A program made the translations under genes and the position numbers. The notes beneath the pieces were generated by a model. It ran no database searches. It saw nothing but the letters and a program-made list of their open reading frames with translations, and was not told the origin of the DNA. Below, piece after piece: positions 1-9,502 of a stretch of 62,974 nucleotides of DNA. The first letter of the stretch is position 1. Each line of letters opens with the position of its first letter. Origin of the DNA: Candidatus Kaiserbacteria bacterium RIFCSPHIGHO2_01_FULL_53_29 (GTDB lineage Bacteria; Patescibacteriota; Minisyncoccia; Phycocordibacterales; UBA2100); assembly GCA_001781125.1 (NCBI GenBank), contig MFKT01000007.1, positions 1-62,974 on the forward strand, in the 5' to 3' direction.

Positions 1-93
1 CGCATTCGGCAACCGATTGTCGCCCGTGCAATACCTGATACAGTACGAGAAATTACCAGCGGAGTGCAAAACCACCTGCGGTCATACATCTTT

Positions 94-122
94 TTGCTCG
101 AGAGCGTATTTTTTGTTATACT
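94..122 (+). promoter_or_regulatory. sigma70-like promoter of grpE (TTGCTC-N17-TATACT)
   Basis: TTGCTC 94-99, 17-nt spacer, TATACT 117-122, ATG at 131 only 8 nt downstream. No Shine-Dalgarno in between. Confidence 0.55.
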
Positions 123-130
123 CTTGCTCC

Positions 131-670
131 ATGAAAGATTCTCCTGATGAAGAAGTTAACTTTGAACCCGAGGATGAGCTGGGAGATTTGGGTGCTGCGC
201 AGGCCAAGTTGAAAAAGCTTAAGGATGAGCTTGCCAAGGTAAAAGCAGAGCGACAAGAATATCTCGATGGCTGGCAGCGATGCAAGGCAGATTCGATAAA
301 CACTCGAAAGGAAACTCTTGCGACTGCAGAACGCATGGGAGTGCGTGCAAAGGAGACGCTTATCGAAGAAATTATCCCTGTTTTGGACGGCTTTGACGTG
401 GCCGCCGGCTCACCCGCGTGGGAATCGCTGGACGCACAGTGGCGAAGCGGCATCGAGCAGATACGAGATCAATTACTCGACATCCTTTCGCGCAACAGCG
501 TTGAGCGATTCGGCAAAGTTGGTGATACATTCAATCATACCTTGCACGAAGCCGTACAAGAAGTAGTGGACATGCCCGGAGAATCAAATTCCATCGTGCG
601 GATGTTGCGATACGGATACAAACTTAATGGTCGCGTCCTGCGGCCGGCACAAGTAATTGTTAAAAAGTAA
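131..670 (+). CDS. grpE: Nucleotide exchange factor GrpE
   Basis: Track ORF 17..670 starts at TTG; the first ATG is 131. Coiled-coil N-terminus (KLKKLKDELAKVKAERQEYLDGWQR) plus a C-terminal beta domain. Lies directly upstream of dnaK-dnaJ. Confidence 0.9.
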   Translation: MKDSPDEEVNFEPEDELGDLGAAQAKLKKLKDELAKVKAERQEYLDGWQRCKADSINTRKETLATAERMGVRAKETLIEEIIPVLDGFDVAAGSPAWESLDAQWRSGIEQIRDQLLDILSRNSVERFGKVGDTFNHTLHEAVQEVVDMPGESNSIVRMLRYGYKLNGRVLRPAQVIVKK

Positions 671-690
671 CCTCCAAAAATGTCCGCAGG

Positions 691-719
691 TTGACAACGT
701 GACTGCGGAGCTGTATACA
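691..719 (+). promoter_or_regulatory. Candidate dnaK promoter TTGACA-N17-TATACA with flanking inverted repeat
   Basis: TTGACA 691-696 and TATACA 714-719. The inverted repeat TCCGCAG (683-689) / CTGCGGA (703-709) brackets the -35 box and could be an operator. No CIRCE consensus is present. Confidence 0.45.
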
Positions 720-763
720 TTTCTTCATCCATAGAACCCTTTAGCAAAGTAACCTTAAGAACA

Positions 764-2656
764 ATGGCAAAAATACTCGGTATTGATCTCGGAACAACAA
801 ATTCGGCGATGGCCATCGTTAAAGGCGGCGAGCCGGAGATCATTGAGAATGCGGAAGGTGCGCGCACGACCCCCTCGGTCGTCGCCATTTCAAAGACGAG
901 CGAGCGTTTGGTGGGGCTCCTCGCGAGACGCCAGGGCGTTACCAACCCCAAGAACACCGTCTACCAAATAAAGCGCTTCATCGGCCACAACTTCGACGAG
1001 CCCGCTGTAGCGAAAGACCGTGCATCAGTGCCGTTCGAGACGCAAAAGTCCGCAAATGGAGGTCTGGAGGTAAAAATGGCCGAAAAGTGGTATCGGCCGG
1101 AAGAAATATCGGCGATGATATTGCAAAAATTGAAGCAGGACGCCGAGGCACGCCTCGGTGAGACGATTACCGAAGCGGTCATCACCGTCCCCGCATACTT
1201 CAACGATGCGCAGCGACAGGCCACCAAAGACGCGGGCAAGATCGCAGGCTTAGACGTGAAGCGCATCATCAACGAGCCGACCGCAGCGGCCCTCGCATAC
1301 GGTTTCAATAAAAAAAAGAACGAGAAGATAGCGGTCTTCGATTTCGGCGGCGGTACGTTCGATGTCTCGGTGCTTGAAGTCGGTGATGATGTGATAGAGG
1401 TACGCTCAACCGACGGCGATGCGCACTTGGGCGGAAAGGATATAGATCAGAAGATCATGGATTGGCTTGCCGACGCGTTCAAGAAAGAATCGGGCATTGA
1501 CGTGCGCAAAGACCCGCTCGCGCGCCAGCGCCTCGATGAGGCTGCCGAGAAGGCAAAAATCGAGCTCTCGAGCGCCGTCGACACGGAGATTAACATTCCT
1601 TTTATCACGTCAACCGATGCCGGACCGCAGCATCTTCTCATCAAAATGAGCCGCGCAAAGCTGGAAGAGCTTTCCAATGAATTTGTGGAGCGCGCGATGG
1701 CTATCACCAAACGTGCGATGGAAGCCTCCCCATTCAAGGTCGGCGACCTCAACGAAGTGATACTTGTGGGCGGCCAGACACGCATGCCGGCCATGCAACA
1801 GGCTGTCGAGAAATTCTTCGGCAAGAAACCAAACATGACGGTGAACCCCGACGAAGTCGTCGCCATCGGCGCAGCCATTCAGGGCGGTATCCTGCAGGGT
1901 GACGTCAAAGACGTGCTACTTCTCGACGTCATCCCGCTCTCGCTCGGCATCGAAACGATGGGCGGGGTCGCGACCAAGCTCATCGAGCGCAATACGACCA
2001 TCCCCACATCGCGCTCGCAGACCTTCTCTACCGCCTCCGACAACCAGCCATCAGTCGAGATACACGTGGTGCAAGGCGAGCGGCCTATGGCGGGAGATAA
2101 CAAATCCCTCGGGCGCTTCAATCTCGACGGCATTCCTCCGGCGCCGCGCGGTATGCCGCAGGTGGAAGTGTCTTTTGACATCGACGCCAACGGCATCCTC
2201 TCGGTCAAAGCGAAGGACAAATCGACTAATAAAGAGCAGTCTATCCGTATCGAAGCCACTTCAGGACTATCCGACGCGGAAGTGGAAAAAATGCGTAAGG
2301 ATGCGGATACCAACGCGGAGGCGGATAAAAAGAAACATGAGCTCGTCGAGGCGCAAAATGCCGCAGACCAGGTGCTCTATGCGGCCGAGAAAGCGCTCAA
2401 AGAGCACGGAGATAAGGTGGGCGAGGACATCAAGAAGGATGTGCAGGAAAGAATAGACGCGGTTAAGGCCGCACGCGGAAGTGCTGACGCTGCGGCTATC
2501 AAAACGGCTGCAGAGGCACTCTCGACCGCGATGAGCACGATAGGCCCCGCCGTCGCCAAGGCTAAGGCGGACGAGGAGGCAATGGCCAAGAACCAGCCGC
2601 CACCTCAAGAGCCGCCCAAAGACGACCAAAAACCACCCGAAGAACCGAAGCAATAA
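764..2656 (+). CDS. dnaK: Chaperone DnaK (Hsp70)
   Basis: 630 aa. Hsp70 signatures [18 protein letters not shown] and [11 protein letters not shown], with a Pro/acidic C-terminal tail. Confidence 0.98.
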   Translation: MAKILGIDLGTTNSAMAIVKGGEPEIIENAEGARTTPSVVAISKTSERLVGLLARRQGVTNPKNTVYQIKRFIGHNFDEPAVAKDRASVPFETQKSANGGLEVKMAEKWYRPEEISAMILQKLKQDAEARLGETITEAVITVPAYFNDAQRQATKDAGKIAGLDVKRIINEPTAAALAYGFNKKKNEKIAVFDFGGGTFDVSVLEVGDDVIEVRSTDGDAHLGGKDIDQKIMDWLADAFKKESGIDVRKDPLARQRLDEAAEKAKIELSSAVDTEINIPFITSTDAGPQHLLIKMSRAKLEELSNEFVERAMAITKRAMEASPFKVGDLNEVILVGGQTRMPAMQQAVEKFFGKKPNMTVNPDEVVAIGAAIQGGILQGDVKDVLLLDVIPLSLGIETMGGVATKLIERNTTIPTSRSQTFSTASDNQPSVEIHVVQGERPMAGDNKSLGRFNLDGIPPAPRGMPQVEVSFDIDANGILSVKAKDKSTNKEQSIRIEATSGLSDAEVEKMRKDADTNAEADKKKHELVEAQNAADQVLYAAEKALKEHGDKVGEDIKKDVQERIDAVKAARGSADAAAIKTAAEALSTAMSTIGPAVAKAKADEEAMAKNQPPPQEPPKDDQKPPEEPKQ

Positions 2657-2701
2657 GTGAACGGCACTTGTTAGTGTGAGGTGAGGCGAACATCTGCGAC
2701 A

Positions 2702-2732
2702 AAGGGCGCCGCGTGTGGCGCCCTTTTGCTTT
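2702..2732 (+). terminator. Rho-independent terminator after dnaK
   Basis: Stem GGGCGCC (2704-2710) / GGCGCCC (2717-2723), 6-nt loop, then TTTTGCTTT. Confidence 0.7.
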
Positions 2733-2763
2733 GCAACTTTCTTTCGGGTAGTATAAGGAGTAC

Positions 2764-3843
2764 ATGAAAAACTATTACGATTTACTCGGAGTGCCGAAGA
2801 CTGCGAATGAGGACGATATCAAGAAGGCGTTCCGAAAACTTGCGCACAAGTATCATCCCGACAAGAAAGGGGGCGACGAGGCGAAGTTCAAAGAGGTGAG
2901 CGAGGCGTATGCGGTGCTTTCGGACCAAAAGAAGCGTGCCGAGTACGATACCTATGGCAAGACATTTGCCGGAGGGGGAGGACCGCAACAAGGAGGTTTT
3001 GGCGGGTTCGACTTTTCTAACTTCTCCGCCGGAGGCGGACCCTCCTTCGGAGGGCAGCAGTTCGAATTCGATCTCGGCGACATATTTGGCGATGTCTTCG
3101 GAGGAGGCCAGACGCGCACGCGCCGCGGGCGCGACATCTCGATAGATATCGAGCTTTCATTTCGTGAGTCGATATTTGGTGCTGAGCGACGGGTGCTGCT
3201 CTCCAAGATGAGCGCGTGTGATGTGTGCGACGGGACGGGTGCAAAAAGTGGCTCGAAGACCATTTCCTGCACGACGTGCAACGGCAAGGGCGAGATACGC
3301 GAATCGCGCAATTCTTTCTTCGGTACCTTCAGCTCGTCACGCCCGTGTCCGCGCTGCCGTGGGCGCGGAGAGATCCCCGAGAGTCCTTGTGAGGCGTGTC
3401 GCGGTGAAGGCACACGGAAACGTGAGGAGGAAATACATGTGGTCGTACCTTCAGGAGTCGAGGATGGTGAGATGATACGCATGCCGGGCCGCGGTGAAGC
3501 TGCGGCAGGCGCCGGAGCGGGTGATCTCTACGTCAAACTCCATATAAAATCTGACGCAAAATTTTCGCGAGACGGCAACAATCTCCTTACCTCGCTTCCT
3601 ATCAAGCTCACCGACGCACTCTTGGGAGGCGAATACCTTCTTCACACGCTCGAGGGACAGGAAACTATCCGTGTGCCGGGGGGTGTCGTCCACGGCGAGA
3701 CTATTCGGGTACGAGGTCGTGGTGTGCCCTACGGGCGGGGAAATCGCGGAGACTTACATGTCCGCATCGATATTGAGTTTCCGAAAAAGCTTTCGCACAG
3801 CGCACGCGAGCTGATCGAAAAGTTGCGCAGTGAAGGACTTTGA
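2764..3843 (+). CDS. dnaJ: Co-chaperone DnaJ
   Basis: J-domain with HPD (KYHPDKK), a Gly/Phe-rich linker, and four CxxCxGxG repeats ([32 protein letters not shown]). TAGTAT at 2749-2754 lies 9 nt before the ATG. Confidence 0.95.
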   Translation: MKNYYDLLGVPKTANEDDIKKAFRKLAHKYHPDKKGGDEAKFKEVSEAYAVLSDQKKRAEYDTYGKTFAGGGGPQQGGFGGFDFSNFSAGGGPSFGGQQFEFDLGDIFGDVFGGGQTRTRRGRDISIDIELSFRESIFGAERRVLLSKMSACDVCDGTGAKSGSKTISCTTCNGKGEIRESRNSFFGTFSSSRPCPRCRGRGEIPESPCEACRGEGTRKREEEIHVVVPSGVEDGEMIRMPGRGEAAAGAGAGDLYVKLHIKSDAKFSRDGNNLLTSLPIKLTDALLGGEYLLHTLEGQETIRVPGGVVHGETIRVRGRGVPYGRGNRGDLHVRIDIEFPKKLSHSARELIEKLRSEGL

Positions 3844-3844
3844 A

Positions 3845-3927
3845 CAGCTGCCAGCTTCTAGTTTTCAGCTTTTAGGCAATACACAGGTAACGTTCCTGAC
3901 AGCTGAAAGCTGGCACCTGAAAGCTAT
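3845..3927. repeat. Inverted pair of degenerate heptamer arrays (CAGCTnn family) filling the dnaJ-downstream gap
   Basis: Left arm: cagctgc cagcttc tagtttt cagcttt (3845-3873). Right arm: cagctga aagctgg cacctga aagct (3900-3925). The arms are imperfectly complementary, sharing TGCCAGCTT. The right arm abuts TATAAT 3925-3930. Confidence 0.6.
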
Positions 3928-3936
3928 AATGTTCGC

Positions 3937-4425
3937 ATGGACCTGAACACTGTTGCGAACATTTTCAGTCACTGGCCTACGGACTGGATCATTATTGGCG
4001 CACTCGTAGCCTTCATCGCACTTGATGCGCTGCGCTCCGGCTCTGCGCGAGCTGCTTCGCTCGTTCTTGCGCTGCCTGCAACAGTACTCCTCACCAATGC
4101 GCTGCCGCAGGCTGTTGTCGTTGGACCTCTGTCCGCACAATTTACAGCTCCTGCCGCGCAACTCATCATTTTTGCCGCAATTTTTGTGCTGCTCTACATA
4201 GCATGCCATCGCATCATCTTTACTTTCTCCGAGGATGGCGGAGTACTCCAAGCTCTCATCACCGGAGTTAGCGCGACGGTCGTTCTTGTCGTGATATTGC
4301 TGCAGGTACCGGGCCTCCAATCGCTCTGGCACTTCGGCGATCAAGTCCAGCTCGTATTTGGCGAAGCCTACCGCTTTTGGTGGCTCCTCGCTGCCTACGG
4401 GGGACTTGCCTTCGTCCGCAGTTAG
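3937..4425 (+). CDS. Hypothetical integral membrane protein
   Basis: 162 aa with about four hydrophobic helices and no recognisable motif. TATAAT lies 6 nt upstream of the ATG. Confidence 0.5.
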   Translation: MDLNTVANIFSHWPTDWIIIGALVAFIALDALRSGSARAASLVLALPATVLLTNALPQAVVVGPLSAQFTAPAAQLIIFAAIFVLLYIACHRIIFTFSEDGGVLQALITGVSATVVLVVILLQVPGLQSLWHFGDQVQLVFGEAYRFWWLLAAYGGLAFVRS

Positions 4426-4498
4426 TACAATATCTTGTACACACGGAGTGCTTGTGAGAAATTAGATTTGTGGTGTACTTGTGCTAATTCTCTTGTAT

Positions 4499-5392
4499 AT
4501 GCCGCAAGAACTCCTGATTGCCATAATCGCTGGACTCGGTGGAATGTTCGGCTGGGGCTTTGCTGATTTTTTCGCAAAAAAGACCATATCCTCGATAGGT
4601 GATACCTTAAGTCTCGCTTGGGCGGGAGTGTTTGGAACAGTCGTGTTCCTCCTTGCAGCTGCATATCAACTACTCTGGGGGAGTGGGGCGCTTGCGATCC
4701 CTCAAGATCTCGCTGTATGGCTCGGGCTCGCTTTCTTTGGCGCACTGCAGGCGGGCGTATATCTTTTCGCATATAAGGGATTCGGAAAGGGGCAGATATC
4801 GCTGCTAGCACCCGTTTTCGCATCTTTTTCAGGCATCGTTGCCCTCATTTCAATACTATTCCTCGGAGAACCTGTGACCGCGCCGCACATCATGGCACTT
4901 GTAGTCATCTTCGGCGGCGTCATGCTCATGAGTATTGATCTCAACGCCTTCCGTGGTCGCGTCGACCTTGTCCATGTTCCCGGTCTCAAAGAAGTGCTTA
5001 TCGCGACCCTACTTGCGGCCCTTTGGACCGTGCTCTGGGACCAATTCGTAAGTGGACAGGATTGGCTCGCGTATGCGCTCTACATGTTCGCTTTTATGAC
5101 GATTGCTGTGTTCGTGATGGCCAAAGTGCAGGGGGTGCTACGTGGCATCTCTTCCCGAAACGTCTGGATCTTTGTCGCGCTTATTGGGATAAGTGAGACT
5201 GTTGCGTATCTCGCCATCAGTCTTGGGTACAGCGCAACCTCGTTCACGAGCATCGTGACTCTGATAAGCGGTGCGTTTTCCTTACCGACCATTATCCTGG
5301 CGCGCATTTTTCTCGAGGAGCGGCCGACCAGAGTCCAGACCCTCGGCTCTATGTTCATAATTGCCGGCATTGCCGCACTCTCTCTGCTATAA
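4499..5392 (+). CDS. EamA/DMT-family transporter
   Basis: About 10 hydrophobic helices in two similar halves, the typical EamA pattern. The track start 4481 is GTG; the first ATG is 4499 (MPQELLIAIIAGLGG...). Confidence 0.7.
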   Translation: MPQELLIAIIAGLGGMFGWGFADFFAKKTISSIGDTLSLAWAGVFGTVVFLLAAAYQLLWGSGALAIPQDLAVWLGLAFFGALQAGVYLFAYKGFGKGQISLLAPVFASFSGIVALISILFLGEPVTAPHIMALVVIFGGVMLMSIDLNAFRGRVDLVHVPGLKEVLIATLLAALWTVLWDQFVSGQDWLAYALYMFAFMTIAVFVMAKVQGVLRGISSRNVWIFVALIGISETVAYLAISLGYSATSFTSIVTLISGAFSLPTIILARIFLEERPTRVQTLGSMFIIAGIAALSLL

Positions 5393-5402
5393 TCTTCCGA
5401 AT

Positions 5403-6530
5403 ATGGTAGATATTTTTAGTAAGAAATTCTTGGAAGGTCTCGAATATGAGACACCTTTTTTCGTGTTCTCCAAAAAAGCCCTTCGTGAACGTTACAAAGA
5501 GTTCAAGAAATATTTTCCGGACTCGTCCATCTATTACGCGATGAAAGCAGACGCCGAGAAAGGCGTTCTTGAAACGCTTTTTGAGGTCGGATCGGGTTTT
5601 GAAGCAGCGTCTTTGTATGAGCTGAAACTTCTCAAAGAACTGCACGTGCCGCCAGATAGAATCCTCTATGGCACATCAGTGAAGCCTACGTCCCACATAA
5701 AAGAATTCCACGACTATGGGGTCAACCGTTTTGCGTTCGATTCATTCCCCGAGCTCGAAAAGATAGCCTCTATCGCACCAAAAGCGCGCGTATATGTGCG
5801 TGTGAGCGTGAACGACGCGGGGAGTATTTATCGCTTCTCGGAGAAATTCGGGACTGTACATGAAAATATCGTGCCGCTTCTGGTGAGGGCACGTGAATTA
5901 GGTCTCGAGCACTACGGTATCAGTTTTCACGTCGGTTCACAGGCAAGCAATCCTGAGGCGTGGAAGAACGCCGTGAGTAGTTTGCACCCTGTTCTCAAAC
6001 ACTTGCATGAGCTTGGCCTTAAGATCGAGATTTTAAATATCGGCGGCGGGTATCCCTGCATGTATGCCTCGACCGACGAAGAGATTACGCTGAAAGAGGT
6101 GGCAAAGAGCGTTGCGGCGGAATGCAAGAAACTGCCCTATCAACCGCATCTCGTTCTTGAGCCGGGGCGTGCGATGGTAGCTGATTCCGCTGTTCTCGTT
6201 ACAAGCGTCATCGCACGAGTCGAGAGAATAGAGCATACGTGGCTTTTCCTCGATGCAGGCGTATACAACGGTCTCTTCGAGAGTCTCGCATATCAGGGCT
6301 CGATTCGGTATCACGTGACTGCTGTGCGGCCCTCATACGATGCCGGGGAGGCAACATTCGCACTCGCAGGACCCACGGGCGATAGCTGGGATGTGGTGAG
6401 CCGTGAGGCGCAACTGCCCCAAGACATCGCAGTCGGCGATAAATTGGTTTTTCACAGCGTTGGAGCCTATAACCTCGTGATGGTAGGCAGGTTCAACGGT
6501 TTCCCCAAGCCAGCGGTCTATTTCGTTTGA
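5403..6530 (+). CDS. PLP-dependent ornithine/lysine/DAP decarboxylase family (group IV) protein
   Basis: PLP-lysine motif YYAMKAD, plus GGGYP and EPGR motifs. The track start 5361 is TTG; ATG 5403 lies 9 nt after TATAAT (5388-5393). The active-site motif reads GPTGD instead of GPTCD. Confidence 0.8.
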   Translation: MVDIFSKKFLEGLEYETPFFVFSKKALRERYKEFKKYFPDSSIYYAMKADAEKGVLETLFEVGSGFEAASLYELKLLKELHVPPDRILYGTSVKPTSHIKEFHDYGVNRFAFDSFPELEKIASIAPKARVYVRVSVNDAGSIYRFSEKFGTVHENIVPLLVRARELGLEHYGISFHVGSQASNPEAWKNAVSSLHPVLKHLHELGLKIEILNIGGGYPCMYASTDEEITLKEVAKSVAAECKKLPYQPHLVLEPGRAMVADSAVLVTSVIARVERIEHTWLFLDAGVYNGLFESLAYQGSIRYHVTAVRPSYDAGEATFALAGPTGDSWDVVSREAQLPQDIAVGDKLVFHSVGAYNLVMVGRFNGFPKPAVYFV

Positions 6531-6569
6531 CACGTCTGTAGGGCGTTCTACACTTACGGTACACCCTCC

Positions 6570-7700
6570 ATGAATGCTATCCAGCGTATCTGCATTACGT
6601 TTTATGCTGTTTGTACGGTACTTTGGGCCGCACTTTTTTTTCAAGACATAACGTCGGGCTTTTACAACTACCTGTATTCGTTCCTCTTCGGATTGATACC
6701 GCTTTTCGGCGGTATAGTCGCAATGCTCCGGTCCGATATTTGGGGAAGGTTCAAAAGTGCTGTCGGCAAAGCTGTTTTTTTCACAGGCCTCGGCGTCTTT
6801 TGTTGGGGCGTGGGCGAGCTGATCTGGTCATACTACAATCTTGTCCTCAATGTCGCTGCACCGTACCCGTCGCTGGCTGACATCGGTTTTGCCCCGAGCA
6901 TCTTCTTTTACAGTCTCGGCGCGTACTACTTGTCCAAGGCTGCCGGCGCTCAATTCGGACTGCGTCACCCCCTTGCAAAAGTATTCGTGGCAGTAACACC
7001 CCTCGTTGTCTTCGCATTCTCATGGTGGATGCTTATTATGGTCGCCCGCGGCGGTGTCTTGGTGCCTGAAGGCGAGCCGCTCCTCAAGGCGATCCTCGAT
7101 ATCATGTACCCCTTGGGCGATTTCGTCGGGCTCGCGATCGCGATAATCGTCTCAGGACTGTCCTTCAGATACTTGGGCGGTCGCTACATGTGGGACATCA
7201 TCGCGATATTCCTCGGACTCTTTTTCATGTACGTTGGCGACACCATCTTTTCCTACACGACTACCGTCGGGACATTCTACAACGGACAATTCGGCGATCT
7301 GATGCTCTCGACCGGTACCTTCCTCCTCACCTATGGAGCTCTGGGCTTTTCTACCGTTAAGGTCGGGTTCGAAAATATACAAGCCTTGGGCGCAGTGACC
7401 ACTGAGCGGATAAAAACGGTCCTCGACAATGTCGTTGCTAAAATCATCAAAGAACAGGAATTAGTGATCGGGCCGCTTGCATGGGCCGAGGCACAAAAAG
7501 TGCAGGGGCTTCATATCGACAAGCAACGTGGCGAGGTAGGGATCTCGAACGGCGATCCCAAAGCTGTCGTTGATCGCCTTGTCGCGCAGTACGAGCGCCT
7601 CTTCGGCAAAGCATCGCAGGAGGTGTGCAAGGAGGCAGCGGCGCCGCTTATCGCGAGTCTTTCGCCCGCTGACGTTCCTTCAAGTTTACGTACTGCATAG
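6570..7700 (+). CDS. Polytopic membrane protein with ~110-aa soluble C-terminal domain (possible sensor partner of the adjacent kinase)
   Basis: 376 aa with about 7-8 hydrophobic helices followed by a soluble tail. The stop lies 16 nt before the histidine kinase ATG. Confidence 0.55.
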   Translation: MNAIQRICITFYAVCTVLWAALFFQDITSGFYNYLYSFLFGLIPLFGGIVAMLRSDIWGRFKSAVGKAVFFTGLGVFCWGVGELIWSYYNLVLNVAAPYPSLADIGFAPSIFFYSLGAYYLSKAAGAQFGLRHPLAKVFVAVTPLVVFAFSWWMLIMVARGGVLVPEGEPLLKAILDIMYPLGDFVGLAIAIIVSGLSFRYLGGRYMWDIIAIFLGLFFMYVGDTIFSYTTTVGTFYNGQFGDLMLSTGTFLLTYGALGFSTVKVGFENIQALGAVTTERIKTVLDNVVAKIIKEQELVIGPLAWAEAQKVQGLHIDKQRGEVGISNGDPKAVVDRLVAQYERLFGKASQEVCKEAAAPLIASLSPADVPSSLRTA

Positions 7701-7716
7701 GGTACAATAGCAGTCT

Positions 7717-8529
7717 ATGGATCCCGTTCCAGGGAAGACGCATGAAGATTACGAATCGGAATTAAAAGCTGCCAACGAGATCGTTTATAAGCACTCATTG
7801 GAGCTTGCACGTCTCAAACAAGCATTAGAAGTCGCCAATGCGCAGCAGGAGAATCTTTTGCACTTCATCAGCCACGAGGTCAAGGGGTATCTCACCGAGG
7901 GAGAGGCTGGTTTTGCTGCGATCATCGAGGGCGATTACGGCGCGGTGCCGGATGCGCTTAAACGAATGGCGACGAACGCGCTCGGGAGTGTACGCAAGGG
8001 TGTTGCCACCGTGATGGATATTCTCGACGCATCGAATCTCAAGAAAGGTACCGTTTCCTACAAAAAAGCTACCTTTGATTTCAGGGTCGCCGTCCAAAGT
8101 ATCGTCGCCGAACAAAAACCCATCGCATACGAAAAGCATCTCGGACTCGATGTGGATATCGCGGGAGGCAAGTACCGGATGGAAGGCGACGAAGAGAAAA
8201 TTCGCGAGCATGTAATACGCAATCTCATCGACAACGCCATCAAGTACACACCAACGGGCACGATACGAGTAGAATTGAGCGACGGCGATGGAAAGATACG
8301 ATTCGCGGTCAAAGACAGCGGTGTGGGTATTACACCGGAAGACATGGCGAATCTCTTTACCGAAGGTGGTCACGGCAAGGATGCCATCAAGGTCAACGTC
8401 CACTCTACCGGCTACGGCCTCTATATCGCCAAACAAGTTACCCTCGCCCACGGGGGCAAAATTTGGGCGGAATCGGAGGGAGAAGGCAAGGGCTCAACAT
8501 TCATCGTTGAATTACCCGCCGCAGCTTAA
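7717..8529 (+). CDS. Soluble histidine kinase (DHp + HATPase_c), no transmembrane or sensor domain
   Basis: H-box FISHEVKGYL, N-box NLIDNAIKYT, G1 VKDSGVGI, G2 GYGLYIAK. N-terminal coiled coil. TACAAT (7703-7708) lies 8 nt before the ATG. Confidence 0.85.
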   Translation: MDPVPGKTHEDYESELKAANEIVYKHSLELARLKQALEVANAQQENLLHFISHEVKGYLTEGEAGFAAIIEGDYGAVPDALKRMATNALGSVRKGVATVMDILDASNLKKGTVSYKKATFDFRVAVQSIVAEQKPIAYEKHLGLDVDIAGGKYRMEGDEEKIREHVIRNLIDNAIKYTPTGTIRVELSDGDGKIRFAVKDSGVGITPEDMANLFTEGGHGKDAIKVNVHSTGYGLYIAKQVTLAHGGKIWAESEGEGKGSTFIVELPAAA

Positions 8530-8561
8530 AATATCCCCATTTTTCTGCTATTATAGGGCAC

Positions 8562-9497
8562 ATGCAACGCCTTTTGACAGGCCTACAGCCTTCTGGAGCA
8601 CTCCATATTGGCAACTATTTGGGTGCCTTAAAACCCTTTGTAGGCATGTACGAGGAGTACGAGAGCATCCTCATGGTCGCCGATTATCATGCGCTGACGA
8701 CCCTCAAAGATCCCGTACAGCTGCGACAGAACATCCTTGATGTCGTGCGCGACTATGTGGCAGTCGGAGTTGACCCGAAAAAGGCCTTGATCTTCCAACA
8801 GTCCGAAGTGCAAGCACACACGGAGCTCACGTGGATATTCAATACCCTCATTACCATGTCTTTTCTCGAACTTGCTCACGCGTACAAGGATAAAGAGGCT
8901 CGCGGCATTGAGAGGACTGTCGGGCTCTTCGATTATCCCGTCCTCATGGCGGCCGATATACTTCTCTACGATACGGATGTTGTGCCGGTGGGGCAGGACC
9001 AAAAGCAACACGTGGAGTATGCGCGCGAGATCGCGGGGAAATTCAATACGGCATACGGTGAGACGTTCAAAATGCCAAAAGAACAGATACGCAAAGACGA
9101 AGCATCTGTGCCCGGTACCGACGGCAAGAAGATGAGCAAGAGCTACGGTAATACCATTCCGCTTTTTGGTACGTATGAGGAGATACAAAAGGCTGTAATG
9201 GGCATTATCACGGACTCGTCCGGAGAAAGTCCTTCCAATGTCTACAACATCCATCGCCTGCTCAAAAGCGAATCCGAGCTGGCACCAGTCTACAAGGCCA
9301 ATAAGGGCAACTACAAAGCAAGTAAGGAGGCTCTTATCGCGGACATCGAAGCGGTGGTTGGTCCAATGCGTGAAAAGCGTGCCAGCATCACCGACGCGGA
9401 TGTGAAGGCGATACTGAAAGATGGGGGAGGCAAAGCGCGTGCGCGGGCGGAAAAGAAAATGCTCGATGTGCGCAAAAAGATCGGCGTCAAGATTTAA
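8562..9497 (+). CDS. trpS: Tryptophan--tRNA ligase
   Basis: GLQPSGALHIGNYLG (HIGH-type motif), KMSKS, and class Ic length (311 aa). Confidence 0.93.
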   Translation: MQRLLTGLQPSGALHIGNYLGALKPFVGMYEEYESILMVADYHALTTLKDPVQLRQNILDVVRDYVAVGVDPKKALIFQQSEVQAHTELTWIFNTLITMSFLELAHAYKDKEARGIERTVGLFDYPVLMAADILLYDTDVVPVGQDQKQHVEYAREIAGKFNTAYGETFKMPKEQIRKDEASVPGTDGKKMSKSYGNTIPLFGTYEEIQKAVMGIITDSSGESPSNVYNIHRLLKSESELAPVYKANKGNYKASKEALIADIEAVVGPMREKRASITDADVKAILKDGGGKARARAEKKMLDVRKKIGVKI

Positions 9498-9502
9498 ATA
9501 TG

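Noticed and set aside
671-763. A CIRCE/HrcA or HAIR operator upstream of dnaK (and upstream of grpE at 1-130).
   Set aside because: There is no match to TTAGCACTC-N9-GAGTGCTAA or CTTGAGT-N7-ACTCAAG. Only a short unrelated inverted repeat lies around the -35 box.
2755-2760. AAGGAG as the Shine-Dalgarno sequence of dnaJ.
   Set aside because: It ends only 3 nt before the ATG, which is too close for a functional SD. The same bases form the spacer between a TAGTAT -10 box and the ATG, matching the leaderless geometry seen at many other genes.
3841-3843. Alternative genetic code (TGA as a sense codon, as in SR1/Gracilibacteria).
   Set aside because: TGA cleanly terminates conserved genes at their expected lengths (dnaJ, mraY, aspS, scpA). 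No conserved gene needs an in-frame TGA, so the standard code 11 applies.
6570-8529. A single sensor-kinase gene broken by a frameshift (pseudogene).
   Set aside because: The two ORFs are in different frames with a stop shortly after in the read-through frame. Both are full length, and the kinase has its own -10 box and ATG. I kept them as two genes and flagged the case as a finding.
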